64,000 nucleotides of DNA from Candidatus Calditenuis fumarioli (GTDB lineage: Archaea; Thermoproteota; Nitrososphaeria_A; Caldarchaeales; Calditenuaceae): positions 160,001 to 224,000 of the forward strand of contig JANVYR010000002.1 of the NCBI GenBank assembly GCA_030059665.1, written 5' to 3'. The notes below the pieces were generated by a model that was not told the origin of the DNA, ran no database searches, and saw only the letters and a list, made by a program, of their open reading frames with translations. The position numbers were made by a program, and so were the translations under genes. This document shows, piece after piece, positions 20,037 through 29,581 of this stretch; the first letter of the stretch is position 1, and each line of letters opens with the position of its first letter.

Positions 20037-21224
20037 CTATGAGCTCCCTAGGAACGCCTCGATGGCCCTCCCCACCTCGGCGGGCCTGCCGGTGAGGTCC
20101 TTCAGCGTTCTGCCCATCGCGACGATCGTCGGTATCAGGTACCTGGCGGTCGCCGTCACGCCCATGTGTCCCACCCGGACGGTGCTGTCGACGAGGCTCC
20201 CGAGGCCGTTCGTCACCATGACCCTGTAGCTTCTCAGCATGTGTCCCACGAACTCGTCGGCCTTTCCCCTGAGTGGGGGCGGAAGCTCCAGCGATGTGAC
20301 CGTCGGCGCTGCCAGCTCCTCCGACCTCGCCACCGGCTCCAGGCCGAGGACCTTCGCGGCCCTCCTGAAGGCCCCTGAAGCCCTCAGGTGCCTCTGGTAC
20401 CTCCTCTCGAGACCCTCCTCAAGCGCCGACTCGGCGGCCAGCCTGAAGGCGACCACCGCGTAGGGGTTTATGGTGGTGTGGTAGGGGTGGCCCTCCTCGG
20501 CCCACAGCAGGTAGTAGCGCTTGAACGCGGAGGGGTTCGAGATCCAGCCGTCGCCGATTTCGGACGGGTCAATTTTCTCCCAGAGGTCCTCGGAGATGTG
20601 GAGCGGCACCACGCCGGGCATGCTGTTGAGGCACTTGTTGGGGTGGCCGACGCAGACGTCGATGCCGAGCTCCCTCACGTCGAGTGGGACCGCACCGTAG
20701 GAGGCTATGGCGTCGCAGATCACCCTAACTCCCCTCTCCTCGGCGAGCCTCGCGTAGGACCTCAGGTCGTGGATCACACCGGTTCCCGTCTCAACGTGGA
20801 CCAGCATCAGCGCCTCCGCGTCCGGGTTCCTGCTGAGGGCCCTCTCGACGTCGCCGATCTCCGGCACCAGCCCCTCCTCCGCCCTCACCTCGACCACGTC
20901 CGCACCGAGGCTCCTCGCTAGCTCCGCCAACCTCTCTCCCCAGAAGCCGCTGATCAGAACCACCGCCTTCTCGCCTCTGGAGAGGACCGTCCTGGTCCCC
21001 AGCTCCAGCGCGAGCGACCCCGGCCCCGGAACCAAAAAGGTGTTCTCGGGGTTGGATCCGAAGAGCGCGGCGGCCGCCTTCCTCGCCCTCTCCACCTCCG
21101 GCGCCCATTCAGGACCGTAGTGTGGCAGCGACCTCTCCGAGAGGACCCTCCTCACCGCAGGGTGGAGCTCGGTCGGTCCGGGTATCATCAGCAGAGCATC
21201 GCCCTCCCAGAGGTCCTCGACCAA
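20037..21224 (-). CDS. Class V aminotransferase (alanine-glyoxylate/serine-pyruvate type)
   Basis: MIPGPT, VHVETGTGV, DAIAS, HPNKCL and VRVGHMG. Confidence 0.88.
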   Translation of the reverse strand: MVEDLWEGDALLMIPGPTELHPAVRRVLSERSLPHYGPEWAPEVERARKAAAALFGSNPENTFLVPGPGSLALELGTRTVLSRGEKAVVLISGFWGERLAELARSLGADVVEVRAEEGLVPEIGDVERALSRNPDAEALMLVHVETGTGVIHDLRSYARLAEERGVRVICDAIASYGAVPLDVRELGIDVCVGHPNKCLNSMPGVVPLHISEDLWEKIDPSEIGDGWISNPSAFKRYYLLWAEEGHPYHTTINPYAVVAFRLAAESALEEGLERRYQRHLRASGAFRRAAKVLGLEPVARSEELAAPTVTSLELPPPLRGKADEFVGHMLRSYRVMVTNGLGSLVDSTVRVGHMGVTATARYLIPTIVAMGRTLKDLTGRPAEVGRAIEAFLGSS

Positions 21225-21284
21225 CGCCCTCGCCTCCTCAGCCGAGCCGGGAAGCCTTCGGAAAAAGTTGACGCGGGCCCTCCG

Positions 21285-21995
21285 TCAGAGCTCCAGCGTC
21301 TCCCTTATCTCCCTGCCCAGCACGAGCCTGATCCCGTTCCTCCCCGCGAGCTCCCTCAGGTACGAGCCGATCTCCTCCGGCACCGAGCCCACCAGGAGGA
21401 GCACCAGCAGCGCCCTCCTGCCGTACCTCTCCTCGACCATCGAGACCCTGCTCCTGAGCTTCTCGACCTCCGACTCGGCCTGTTCGCGCGTTCCGATGTA
21501 ATTCGTGATCTCGCCGACCACGAGCGGTTCCTCGCAAAAGGCGTCGATATCAACGACCTTGCCGTCCACGGCGAAGTGCTTGACGTCAACCCTCGCGTCG
21601 GGGTACCCCATCTCGTCGAGCAGGACCTCGATGAAGGCCCGGGCCGTGGCCTCGAAGGTGACGCCGAGCATCTCCCTCAGCTCCCTGAACCCTGACTTGA
21701 CGTACTTCCAGAACCTCTCTTGGCCGGCCTCGAGTCGCCTCACGCTCTCCCACAGCCTCTCCTGTCCCTCCCTAAGCGCTCTGACCTCCTCCCACAGCCT
21801 GTTAACATTCTCCCACAGTCTGTTCTGGTTCTCCTCCAGCCTGTCGAGCCTCTTCAGTATCTCGAGTATGTGGGACTCATGTCTGTCAAGCCTCTTGAGT
21901 ATCTCTGACAGGCCGAGATAACCTGCGACGGTGTACCTGAACTCGACGTCCTTCTCCAGCAGCTCGATGAACTCCCTCTTCAGCTTCTCGGCCAT
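21285..21995 (-). CDS. Coiled-coil protein with degenerate PD-(D/E)XK-like C-domain (divergent paralog C)
   Basis: Shares EFRY.VAG.LGL.EILKRLDRHESHI.EILKRLDR with copies A and B. It has a different stalk (RLWE repeats) and VDIDAF...VVGEIT. Confidence 0.7.
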   Translation of the reverse strand: MAEKLKREFIELLEKDVEFRYTVAGYLGLSEILKRLDRHESHILEILKRLDRLEENQNRLWENVNRLWEEVRALREGQERLWESVRRLEAGQERFWKYVKSGFRELREMLGVTFEATARAFIEVLLDEMGYPDARVDVKHFAVDGKVVDIDAFCEEPLVVGEITNYIGTREQAESEVEKLRSRVSMVEERYGRRALLVLLLVGSVPEEIGSYLRELAGRNGIRLVLGREIRETLEL

Positions 21996-22079
21996 CCCCG
22001 ATCAAACGCGTGTGTCAGCGACTAATGGGAGTTATTGCTGTCCCCCCAGCCGGTTGTCGGCCACGCGGTCCTCCCTGCC

Positions 22080-23420
22080 TCAGGGTCTGAGCCTGACGGG
22101 TTCGCTCCGGTCGCCGATCTCCCCCGCGATCCTCGTGAGCATCAGCCTCCTGATCTCCTCCAGGTCGTGGGCCCTGTGGAGGACCCACATCAGCTTGACC
22201 AGCGCGACCTCCGGGAGCATGTCGTCGAGCGGCGTGACGCCGGCCGCCTGTAGGTCCCTGCCGTTGTCGTAGACGTTCATGTTCACCCTTCCGAACCTGC
22301 ACTGGGAGCACATGCCGAAGAAGACCCCGTCCCTCACGAGCCTCCTTATCACCGGTATCCACGAGGACGCCACGTGTCCTAGCCCCGTCCCCTCCAGCAC
22401 GAAGCCCCTGACGCCCTCGGATGCCAGGTGCTCGAGGACCGATGGTCTCATTCCTGGCCAGAACTTCAGCAGGTAAGCCCTCTCGTCGAACCCCGGCTCG
22501 TACCTGTAATCTTCGGATCCCCGAGGGTTCAGGCCCTCCGCCAGCACCTCGATCCTTCCCTCCCTGACCAGCGCTATCGGTCCCGCGTTGACGCTCCTGA
22601 AGGCGTCCCTGCTGCTGGTGTGGAGCTTCACGACCCTCGTTCCCCTGTGGACAGCTATCTCGTCGTCCGAGTGCCAGTGGTGCATCGCAACGCAGACCTC
22701 CGCGAAGCTCGATCTCGCAGCTACCGTGAGGGCCCCCATGAGGTTGGTGGCAGCATCGCTCGATGGCCTGTCGGAGCTCCTCTGAGCTCCCACCAGGACG
22801 ACCGGGACCGGAGGCCTCTGGAGGACGAAGCTGAGCGCGGCAGCGGTGTAGTGCATCGTGTCGGTTCCGTGCGCTATCACGATCCCGTCGTAACCGTCAA
22901 CGAGCCTTTGGTGTGCGCGCTCCGCGATCAGACTCCAGTCCCTCGGAGTCATGTTCTCGCTGTAGAGGGAGAGGACCACCTCCGCGTCGATCCTGGCCAG
23001 CTCAAGCACCTCCCTGATCACGGAGACCAGGTCCTCCGTGGTCATCGCTGGCCTCACGGCTCCGGTCCTGTAGTCGACCCTGCTCGCGATCGTCCCTCCG
23101 GTCCCGAGCAGCGCCACCCTCGGCAACGACGGGTCCTGCGGCGGTATCTCGCCTCGCCTGAAGGCCGGAGCCCTCCCCGCAGCCAACCTCCTGATGACCG
23201 TCCCCTCGGTGAACGCGATGCCGACGTTGTACCCGTTCCTGAGCTTGATGGTGATGACGTCCTCGTCGGCGTACTCCGGCCTCGCGATCAGGTAACCGAC
23301 GAAGGTCTGGCCGTCGGGCGTTACGACCTCCAGCTCGTCCCCCTCCTCGGCTCCGATCCCCTCGAGGACTTCCCTCAGCCTGCCCCTGTAACCTGAAGGC
23401 GCCATCCCGGAGTCAGCCAA
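22080..23420 (-). CDS. gatD: Glu-tRNA(Gln) amidotransferase subunit D
   Basis: N-terminal KLRNGYNVG domain, GGTIASRVDYRTG, HGTDTM and GAQRSSDRPSSD. Confidence 0.95.
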   Translation of the reverse strand: MADSGMAPSGYRGRLREVLEGIGAEEGDELEVVTPDGQTFVGYLIARPEYADEDVITIKLRNGYNVGIAFTEGTVIRRLAAGRAPAFRRGEIPPQDPSLPRVALLGTGGTIASRVDYRTGAVRPAMTTEDLVSVIREVLELARIDAEVVLSLYSENMTPRDWSLIAERAHQRLVDGYDGIVIAHGTDTMHYTAAALSFVLQRPPVPVVLVGAQRSSDRPSSDAATNLMGALTVAARSSFAEVCVAMHHWHSDDEIAVHRGTRVVKLHTSSRDAFRSVNAGPIALVREGRIEVLAEGLNPRGSEDYRYEPGFDERAYLLKFWPGMRPSVLEHLASEGVRGFVLEGTGLGHVASSWIPVIRRLVRDGVFFGMCSQCRFGRVNMNVYDNGRDLQAAGVTPLDDMLPEVALVKLMWVLHRAHDLEEIRRLMLTRIAGEIGDRSEPVRLRP

Positions 23421-23466
23421 CAGTTACGGATAATAACTGTGCAGTGGAAAGTATTGTTGAGGAGCC

Positions 23467-23883
23467 ATGCCCATAACAGTCCGCGTCAGGGACATCATGG
23501 AAAAGGAGGTGCCCACGATCGATGCCAAGGCCACGGTGATGGAGGCGGTCCAGCGCATGGTGAGGGAGAACGTCTGGTCATTCCTGGTCACCCGGGATGG
23601 CCTGCCGGTTGGGGTCGTGACGGAGAGGGACATCCTGAGGAGGTGCATCTCGAAGGGTTACAGCCTCAACATGAAGGTGGAGGAGATCATGTCGTCGCCG
23701 ATCATAACGATAGGGCCCGACGAGCCGATCGGGAAGGCGCTGCAGCTGATGGCCGAGAAGAACATCAGGAGGCTCTACGTCGTCGAGGGCGGCAAGGTCA
23801 TCGGACGTATAACCCAGACCAAGTCGATGGAGTCGCTGCTGGACATACTCATGACTTTGCAGAGCCTCCCCTACCAGCTCTGA
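23467..23883 (+). CDS. CBS-domain protein
   Basis: VRDIM..., GVVTERDI, VEEIMSSP and IRRLYVV. Confidence 0.9.
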   Translation: MPITVRVRDIMEKEVPTIDAKATVMEAVQRMVRENVWSFLVTRDGLPVGVVTERDILRRCISKGYSLNMKVEEIMSSPIITIGPDEPIGKALQLMAEKNIRRLYVVEGGKVIGRITQTKSMESLLDILMTLQSLPYQL

Positions 23884-23921
23884 CCTAACACAACACCCCG
23901 ATCGGTTTCTTGCGGCCCTTC

Positions 23922-24506
23922 TCACCCAGCAGCAGAGGGTCGCTCCTCCGCGTCCTCGTTCCTCTCCCGCTCCCCACCCTTGCCCTTCCCTCTGGACAGG
24001 TACCTGACCGAGAGGTGAACGGCCTCCGCCGCTATCAGGACGGCCAGCGTGATCGGCCCCCACGGCGGGAAGAGCTCGCCCCTCAGGAAGAGCGTCAGGT
24101 AACCCAGCCCGGTCCAGTGAGGTATCATCAGCCCGGTCCACCTCCCCACCACCGCATCCGGAGGGACGGGGAAGGGGTCAGGAGCGCTGTTGGCGTCGCC
24201 CTTCGTGATCAGCGCGTAGGGTTCCTTCGCTATGGCCCTGTGGACGATGAGCCGGCCGTCGAAGGGCCTCCGGTAGACGATCACGTCTCCGTCGATCGGT
24301 GAGGCCCTGATCTCCTCGAACCTCACGCCCTCTATCAGCAGGATGTCGCCCTCGTGGAGGACCGGCCTCATGCTGCCCGATGCCACCACGACCAGCGGCG
24401 TCCGGGTGTCCAGCGCGAGACCGAGGCCCACGAAGAGCGCGAGGAAGGCCAGCAGGAGCACCAGCAGGGGAAGGGCGCCCTTCAGGTACCTCGTCGCGTT
24501 GCTCAT
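23922..24506 (-). CDS. Signal peptidase I, archaeal Sec11/SipW type
   Basis: VVASGSM.P (Ser), IVHR (His), TKGDAN..PD, with flanking TM helices. Confidence 0.9.
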   Translation of the reverse strand: MSNATRYLKGALPLLVLLLAFLALFVGLGLALDTRTPLVVVASGSMRPVLHEGDILLIEGVRFEEIRASPIDGDVIVYRRPFDGRLIVHRAIAKEPYALITKGDANSAPDPFPVPPDAVVGRWTGLMIPHWTGLGYLTLFLRGELFPPWGPITLAVLIAAEAVHLSVRYLSRGKGKGGERERNEDAEERPSAAG

Positions 24507-27403
24507 AGGTTCCGCCTCACCCTCCTCCTGAAGCTCGTTTTACCTCCCTCCTCTTCAGGCCTTCCCGACGAACCTCCCTCGACCGTCCCCCTCCTCGCGG
24601 GACCTCCCGCTGCCTTGGTGAGGCTCAGCGACCTGAGGATCCCCAGCGCGGCCACCGCCACCAGAGCCACCGAGACCACGTAGGGCGCCCCTCCCTGGAC
24701 CGGTCTCTGCGGAACCAAGGCTATGTTCCTCGAGCCGGGACCCGTGAGATCGATCCCTGCCTCCTGGCTCCAGGAGCTAGAGTTCAGCCTGATCAGGTAC
24801 CTGCCGGAGGGAAGGACCGCGCTCCCCTCGCCGGACGGCCCGACGTGCTGCGTGAGCAGCGGCCTGGCACCCTTTCCCTGCTGGATCAGGAGGAACGTGA
24901 CCGTGAGGTTCCCCACCGGCGTGCCCTCCACGTCCAGCACCCGGTAGGCCACCCCGTAGACCGGCAGCTCCATCTCCTCCTCGATCCTCGCGGCGTGGTT
25001 GACCTCGCTCCTTCCCACCTCTACGTCCATGAAGCGGTAAACGACCACGTAGTTCGACGCCGGCAACAGGACCGTTGCCCTCCCCCTCTCGTCGGTCGCG
25101 GTCTCCTCGATCAGCGCTCCCGAGCCCTTCAGCCTGTACTCCACCTTCACGCCCGGCAGCCCCCTCCTGTTCCCTCCCACGTCGAGGTAGAGGACGTCGA
25201 CAACCCTCCTGAAGACCCGCGTCACCAGCTGGAGCCTCTCGTCCTGCTCGTCGACCCTCTCCTCCGACTGCCTGACCTGAACGCCCTTGAATTCTATGGT
25301 GACACGGACCGTCCCGCCCGGGACCAGCCTGACCGTGGCGTTCCCGCGATCGTCCAGCTCTCCCTCGGCGCTGAACTCCCCTATCTCGAGCCTGTACCTC
25401 CCACCCGGCAGCGGCGACCTCTCCCCGTCGAGCGCGGTTATGTGCACCCTGAAGACCCTCGTCCCCGAGATCTCGAACCCCTTGTCCTCGATCCGGTACT
25501 CGACCTCGGCTCCGTAGACCTCGACTCCCATGTACCGCACCGTGACGTTGGCCTTGGAGTAGGGCACGTCCGGGAACAGCACCTTTCCGGTGGCGTTGGC
25601 CGTCCTCGTGTCCCGGTAGCCTCCCACCTGGAGCGTCACCAGCGCTCCCTCCAGAGGCACCTCACCGTCGTGGTCGAGCACCCTCACCACCAAGTCCAGC
25701 ACCCTGACCCTGATAGCGAGCTGACCCTGCCTGACGGTATTCTCGGCGAGCTCTCCCTCGGCCACCTGCACGTTCCTGTAGACGACCCTGTAGCCGTACT
25801 TCAGTGGGACCAGACCCTTCACCGCTCCGCCCTCGGCCGACAGCTGGACCGAGCCGATCTCCGAGTTGCCGACGCTCAGGATCAGCGTGCCGGGAACTGG
25901 TCTGCCGTCGAGGGAGACCGCTTTGACGTTGAGGTCCAGCACCTCGGGCCTGACGGTCAGGAGGTCTCCGTTCCTCTGGGGCCTGATGGTATCCTCCCCG
26001 ATGACCGAGCCCAGGTAGAGCAGCCTGTATCGGTAGGGCACGAGGGGTTGGTCCTTTGCTAGGAAGACTTCGTTCTCTCGGGTCGGCGTCATCTTGTAGC
26101 TCCCGCCATCGACGGTCAGCTCAAGAACCACCGCATCCCTAAGCAGCTGAGGGAGCCTGCCGAAGAGGCCCTCGAGGTTCAGGGAGATCCCGAAGTTGCC
26201 GAAGTTCAGCGTTAGCGTCACGCCCGTCCGTATGTCGTCGCCCCTCAGCGTCCCCTCGTAGACCTTCTGACCATCGAATAGGACCTGTACGACGTAGTCC
26301 CTGTCGGCCCTGACGTACCCGAAGTCGACGGAGTCGACTGAAGTCGTCCTGGACCTGTACTCGGAGTTGTCGTCCGTTCTGATCAGCTTCACCACGAGCT
26401 GGAACCCGGTTACAGGCCTGTTGTTCTGCGAGACCAGGCTGAACGCGAGCTTTTTGACCGGTAACGTCAGGTCGCCCAAGTTGACGTCTCCCGCTACGAC
26501 GAGGTCCCGCCTCTCGTCCACCAGCTCGTTGTCTATCTTGAAACGGAGCGAGTAAGTTCCTCCGGGCAGCAGCTTGAAGGTCACCAAGCCGTTGGAGTCG
26601 GAGGTCGTCGTGAGCAAAGGCGTCGCGCTGTCTTCTTTCAGGAGCTCTACCGTGACCCCCTGAATCGAGTTGCCTTCCATGTCCTGCACCTTCGCCGAGA
26701 TACTGTACAGGTCGAGTCTGACCTCCACGGAGGTTCTGTCGCTGCTTAGCGTGTGGGTAACGCTCTTCGTCAGCTTGACGTTCCCGACGGCCGTGTAGGA
26801 GACGTCGATGGTGTACTCCACATCGAGTTCGCCTGAGTCGGTGAGGTATTTTGCGGGCAGGTTCCTAACCACGAGGTTGCCGCTGCTGTCGGTCTGCGCA
26901 TTCCTGGCGATCTCCTGAGGATCGATTAGTGAGGAGGTGACGTTGACTCTGGCGCCTGGCACCGGAACCCCCGAGCTGCTGAGGACCCTGATGGTGAGGT
27001 GGTAAACGTCAAGCTTCACGGAGAAGGAAGTCCGAGGGCACTCTGTGCTGCAATCAAACTCGTTTTGAGTCTCGTTGACGAGCAGGCCTCTGAAGTAAAC
27101 CTTTATTACATATTTGGCGTCGGTGGTTCCGCTCATCAGCTGCAGGACCGCCCGTCCGCTCGAGTTAGTGATTGCCGAGCCTCTCATTCCTCCCGTGTTC
27201 GGCACCTTGGTCTCGTTGGTGTAATACGCGGTGACGTTAGCTCCCTGCAGTACCTCGTTGTGGCCGTTGAGGACGGTGACCGTGATGCTGACTATGTTCC
27301 CCTCCGCGCGGACCGGTTGGACCCAGAGCAGCAGGACCAGCGCGGCCGTTAACGCCAGCAAGAGCGCGAGGTGAGCCGCGGCCGGTCCCGGCCTTCGCCA
27401 CAT
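24503..27403 (-). CDS. 966-aa membrane-anchored surface protein of tandem carboxypeptidase-regulatory-like beta domains
   Basis: Signal peptide (VRA|E), repeated 'V.D..G.p..GA.V' and 'T...G.a.f' units, C-terminal TM plus basic tail; 4-bp overlap with the signal peptidase gene. Confidence 0.8.
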   Translation of the reverse strand: MWRRPGPAAAHLALLLALTAALVLLLWVQPVRAEGNIVSITVTVLNGHNEVLQGANVTAYYTNETKVPNTGGMRGSAITNSSGRAVLQLMSGTTDAKYVIKVYFRGLLVNETQNEFDCSTECPRTSFSVKLDVYHLTIRVLSSSGVPVPGARVNVTSSLIDPQEIARNAQTDSSGNLVVRNLPAKYLTDSGELDVEYTIDVSYTAVGNVKLTKSVTHTLSSDRTSVEVRLDLYSISAKVQDMEGNSIQGVTVELLKEDSATPLLTTTSDSNGLVTFKLLPGGTYSLRFKIDNELVDERRDLVVAGDVNLGDLTLPVKKLAFSLVSQNNRPVTGFQLVVKLIRTDDNSEYRSRTTSVDSVDFGYVRADRDYVVQVLFDGQKVYEGTLRGDDIRTGVTLTLNFGNFGISLNLEGLFGRLPQLLRDAVVLELTVDGGSYKMTPTRENEVFLAKDQPLVPYRYRLLYLGSVIGEDTIRPQRNGDLLTVRPEVLDLNVKAVSLDGRPVPGTLILSVGNSEIGSVQLSAEGGAVKGLVPLKYGYRVVYRNVQVAEGELAENTVRQGQLAIRVRVLDLVVRVLDHDGEVPLEGALVTLQVGGYRDTRTANATGKVLFPDVPYSKANVTVRYMGVEVYGAEVEYRIEDKGFEISGTRVFRVHITALDGERSPLPGGRYRLEIGEFSAEGELDDRGNATVRLVPGGTVRVTIEFKGVQVRQSEERVDEQDERLQLVTRVFRRVVDVLYLDVGGNRRGLPGVKVEYRLKGSGALIEETATDERGRATVLLPASNYVVVYRFMDVEVGRSEVNHAARIEEEMELPVYGVAYRVLDVEGTPVGNLTVTFLLIQQGKGARPLLTQHVGPSGEGSAVLPSGRYLIRLNSSSWSQEAGIDLTGPGSRNIALVPQRPVQGGAPYVVSVALVAVAALGILRSLSLTKAAGGPARRGTVEGGSSGRPEEEGGKTSFRRRVRRNL

Positions 27404-27473
27404 GCCTGAGGGTATGGCTAATCCGGTTGCTTAAAACTGGTTCCTCAAGGATGTGGGGGTGCGCCTCCGTCCA

Positions 27474-27776
27474 CTACGGGGACGATCGGATCGCCAGTCC
27501 TCCGGCTATCGCGGGGAGCAGCAGTATCCGGTCGTTCTCCCGGACCCTCGCCTCGAGCCCTCCCAGCTCGTTCACGTTCCGGTCGTTGAGGAAGACGTTG
27601 ACGTGCCTCCTGACCCTCCCCTGCTCGTCGAGGAGCTGCGTCCTCAGCTGGGGATACCTCTCCACGAGGGCCCTGATCGCGTCTCCCACCGTCTCCGCCT
27701 CCAGCGACACCTTGTCGGCGTTGCCCACGTAGGGCCTCAGCGGCGCTGGGATGTAGACCTCGACCTTCTGCTTCAA
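27474..27776 (-). CDS. MoaD/ThiS/SAMP-like beta-grasp protein with a 7-aa extension after GG
   Basis: V.VYIPAPLR...TVGDAIRALVERYPQL...VNVFLN...DRILLLPAIAGG followed by LAIRSSP*. Confidence 0.88.
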   Translation of the reverse strand: MKQKVEVYIPAPLRPYVGNADKVSLEAETVGDAIRALVERYPQLRTQLLDEQGRVRRHVNVFLNDRNVNELGGLEARVRENDRILLLPAIAGGLAIRSSP

Positions 27777-27969
27777 TCCCTCATTGACGGGCCGGCCGCT
27801 TGATCATAACCCTAAGCGTCACGTCCGAGGCTTGTGCCTGCGCTGCTGGTGGACCTTCGGCCCGGTCACATACTACCCTGGTATTACGGACTGTCGGCTT
27901 GACCGGTTCGGTCCGCAAACCCTTTACGTGGAGGTGGTTGACAAATTTGTCTAACGCGGAGGCGGGCGG

Positions 27970-28401
27970 ATGGAGCGGAGTTCCCTCGCGATCCAGCGGC
28001 TTCAGGAGGCGCAGCAGGTCCACGCGGACCGGGACCCGGTGCTGCTCTATTTGGCCAGGAGGGGGGCGCTGACGGAGCGGCAGCTCCAGGTGCTGCTGGC
28101 GGAGATGGACCCGGCGAACAGGGGGAAGAAGATGTCGGAGCGCGCGGCGAAACTCGGCGTCACGAAGGGGACCTACGCCAAGGTGTTGCAGCAGGCCCTG
28201 AGAAACGTGACGCAGAGCGTCTTCACCGTCCTCCTGATCAGCTACCTCGGTCTGGCGGGCGAGGAGGGCTGCAGCTGGCTCGTCGAGGTGGGTCAGCTCC
28301 TGAGGGAGGGGAGGTTCGAAGAGGCCGCAGAGGTGCTCGATGGCGTGCAACGGAGCCTCAGGAAGGCCCTTCGGGACCCCGGTTCCACCGCTTCTCCCTG
28401 A
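27970..28401 (+). CDS. Putative HTH DNA-binding protein
   Basis: LTERQLQVL...ERAAKLGVTKGTYAKVLQQA, a sigma70-r4/LuxR-like HTH. Confidence 0.65.
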   Translation: MERSSLAIQRLQEAQQVHADRDPVLLYLARRGALTERQLQVLLAEMDPANRGKKMSERAAKLGVTKGTYAKVLQQALRNVTQSVFTVLLISYLGLAGEEGCSWLVEVGQLLREGRFEEAAEVLDGVQRSLRKALRDPGSTASP

Positions 28402-28732
28402 ACGCCGCCGCGAAGACTGCAGCCAAGGCTATCATCCCCCCGTGGGCCGCCCTGAAGGCAAGGTCTCTCGAGGCGTCCAAGACGGCTCCAGACATCCTGT
28501 ATCCGACTAGAATCAGTAGAATCATTGCTAGAACGTGACCGAACTTGCCCTTCCAAATCATTAGAATCGAGGCGAGAAATCCTGCGAGAAACAGGAAGTT
28601 TGAAACGGCGAGGGTGGTCTGCCCTTCTAATAGCGTTCTAATCCCTTGGAATCCGTATAGAATCACGTTGAGCGCGCCGAGAGCGGTGGAAGCGGCCGGG
28701 ATTCTAATTCCCACTGAGCGGTTGCGCGCCAT
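28358..28732 (-). CDS. Small membrane protein (~4 TM)
   Basis: ATG at 28732 followed by four hydrophobic segments. Confidence 0.5.
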   Translation of the reverse strand: MARNRSVGIRIPAASTALGALNVILYGFQGIRTLLEGQTTLAVSNFLFLAGFLASILMIWKGKFGHVLAMILLILVGYRMSGAVLDASRDLAFRAAHGGMIALAAVFAAAFREKRWNRGPEGPS

Positions 28733-28912
28733 TCTTCCCCAGCTGCACCTACTCGGTAGGACGTAGAAATATACGCTATCTTCAGCCACGACCCGAATGG
28801 CCAACCCTTTGCGGACCTCGTCTGCGGGTTGAGGTTCCGGGGTCTGGAACGGGCTTCCACTTCCTGTGCAAAGGGCACGCTTTATCGACGGCGCAGATGT
28901 CGACCTGGTGGG

Positions 28913-29296
28913 TTGCCGAGGAAGAGGCTCAAGCTCGAGATGGTGGACGAGGACGGCGACAAGATCACGCTGGTGGTGGAGGGAAACATAACCCGTGAGA
29001 AGATACTCCAGCTGGCGGACCTGATGGAGCTGTACTCCGGGCACCCGGATCGCAGCTCGACCATCGAGAACAAGCTGGTCCGGCTCGCAAGGGCTCTTGA
29101 GCGGAGGTTCCCGAGCGGTGACTTCAGCTCCCGGGAGGCCCTCGAGGCGTACGTTGAGGAGTACGGAGAGGAGATCCCCCTCAGCACCGTCTCGACCTAT
29201 CTGGCCCGGCTCACCGAGAGGGGCTTCCTGGAGCGGGTCAGGGGGCCCGGATACATCAGGTACCGGCTAGCCAGGTCCGCCGAGGCCCAGGGGTAG
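28913..29296 (+). CDS. Putative winged-helix DNA-binding protein
   Basis: TTG after GGTGGG; C-terminal LSTVSTYLARLTERGFLERV wHTH. Confidence 0.65.
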   Translation: MPRKRLKLEMVDEDGDKITLVVEGNITREKILQLADLMELYSGHPDRSSTIENKLVRLARALERRFPSGDFSSREALEAYVEEYGEEIPLSTVSTYLARLTERGFLERVRGPGYIRYRLARSAEAQG

Positions 29297-29306
29297 CGGA
29301 GCGCCC

Positions 29307-29434
29307 GGGAGGGCTATGCTCTGCTGACGATACTCAGACCGGCTGAGCTCCATCCAGCGGTGAGGGGGGGCCTCTCGGAGAAGTCGCTGCCACACTACGG
29401 TCCGGAATGGGCGCCGGAGGTGTAGAGGGCGAAG
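29307..29434 (+). pseudogene. Decayed inverted copy of the 5' end of the class V aminotransferase gene
   Basis: Colinear with the reverse complement of 21081-21208; I counted 14 mismatches in 128 nt, including GAG>TAG. Confidence 0.85.
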
Positions 29435-29581
29435 GGCCAGGGCCTGGATACGGACCCACGACATCCACGTCTCCCCATCAGCCCGGATTACGGGCAAGGC
29501 CCTCTGGCCGCGTGCCTCCGCCAGCTGAGATGAAACCCTCAGGCCCTCAGCTCCCGCGCAAATCGCTGCCGACCGGAAAGG

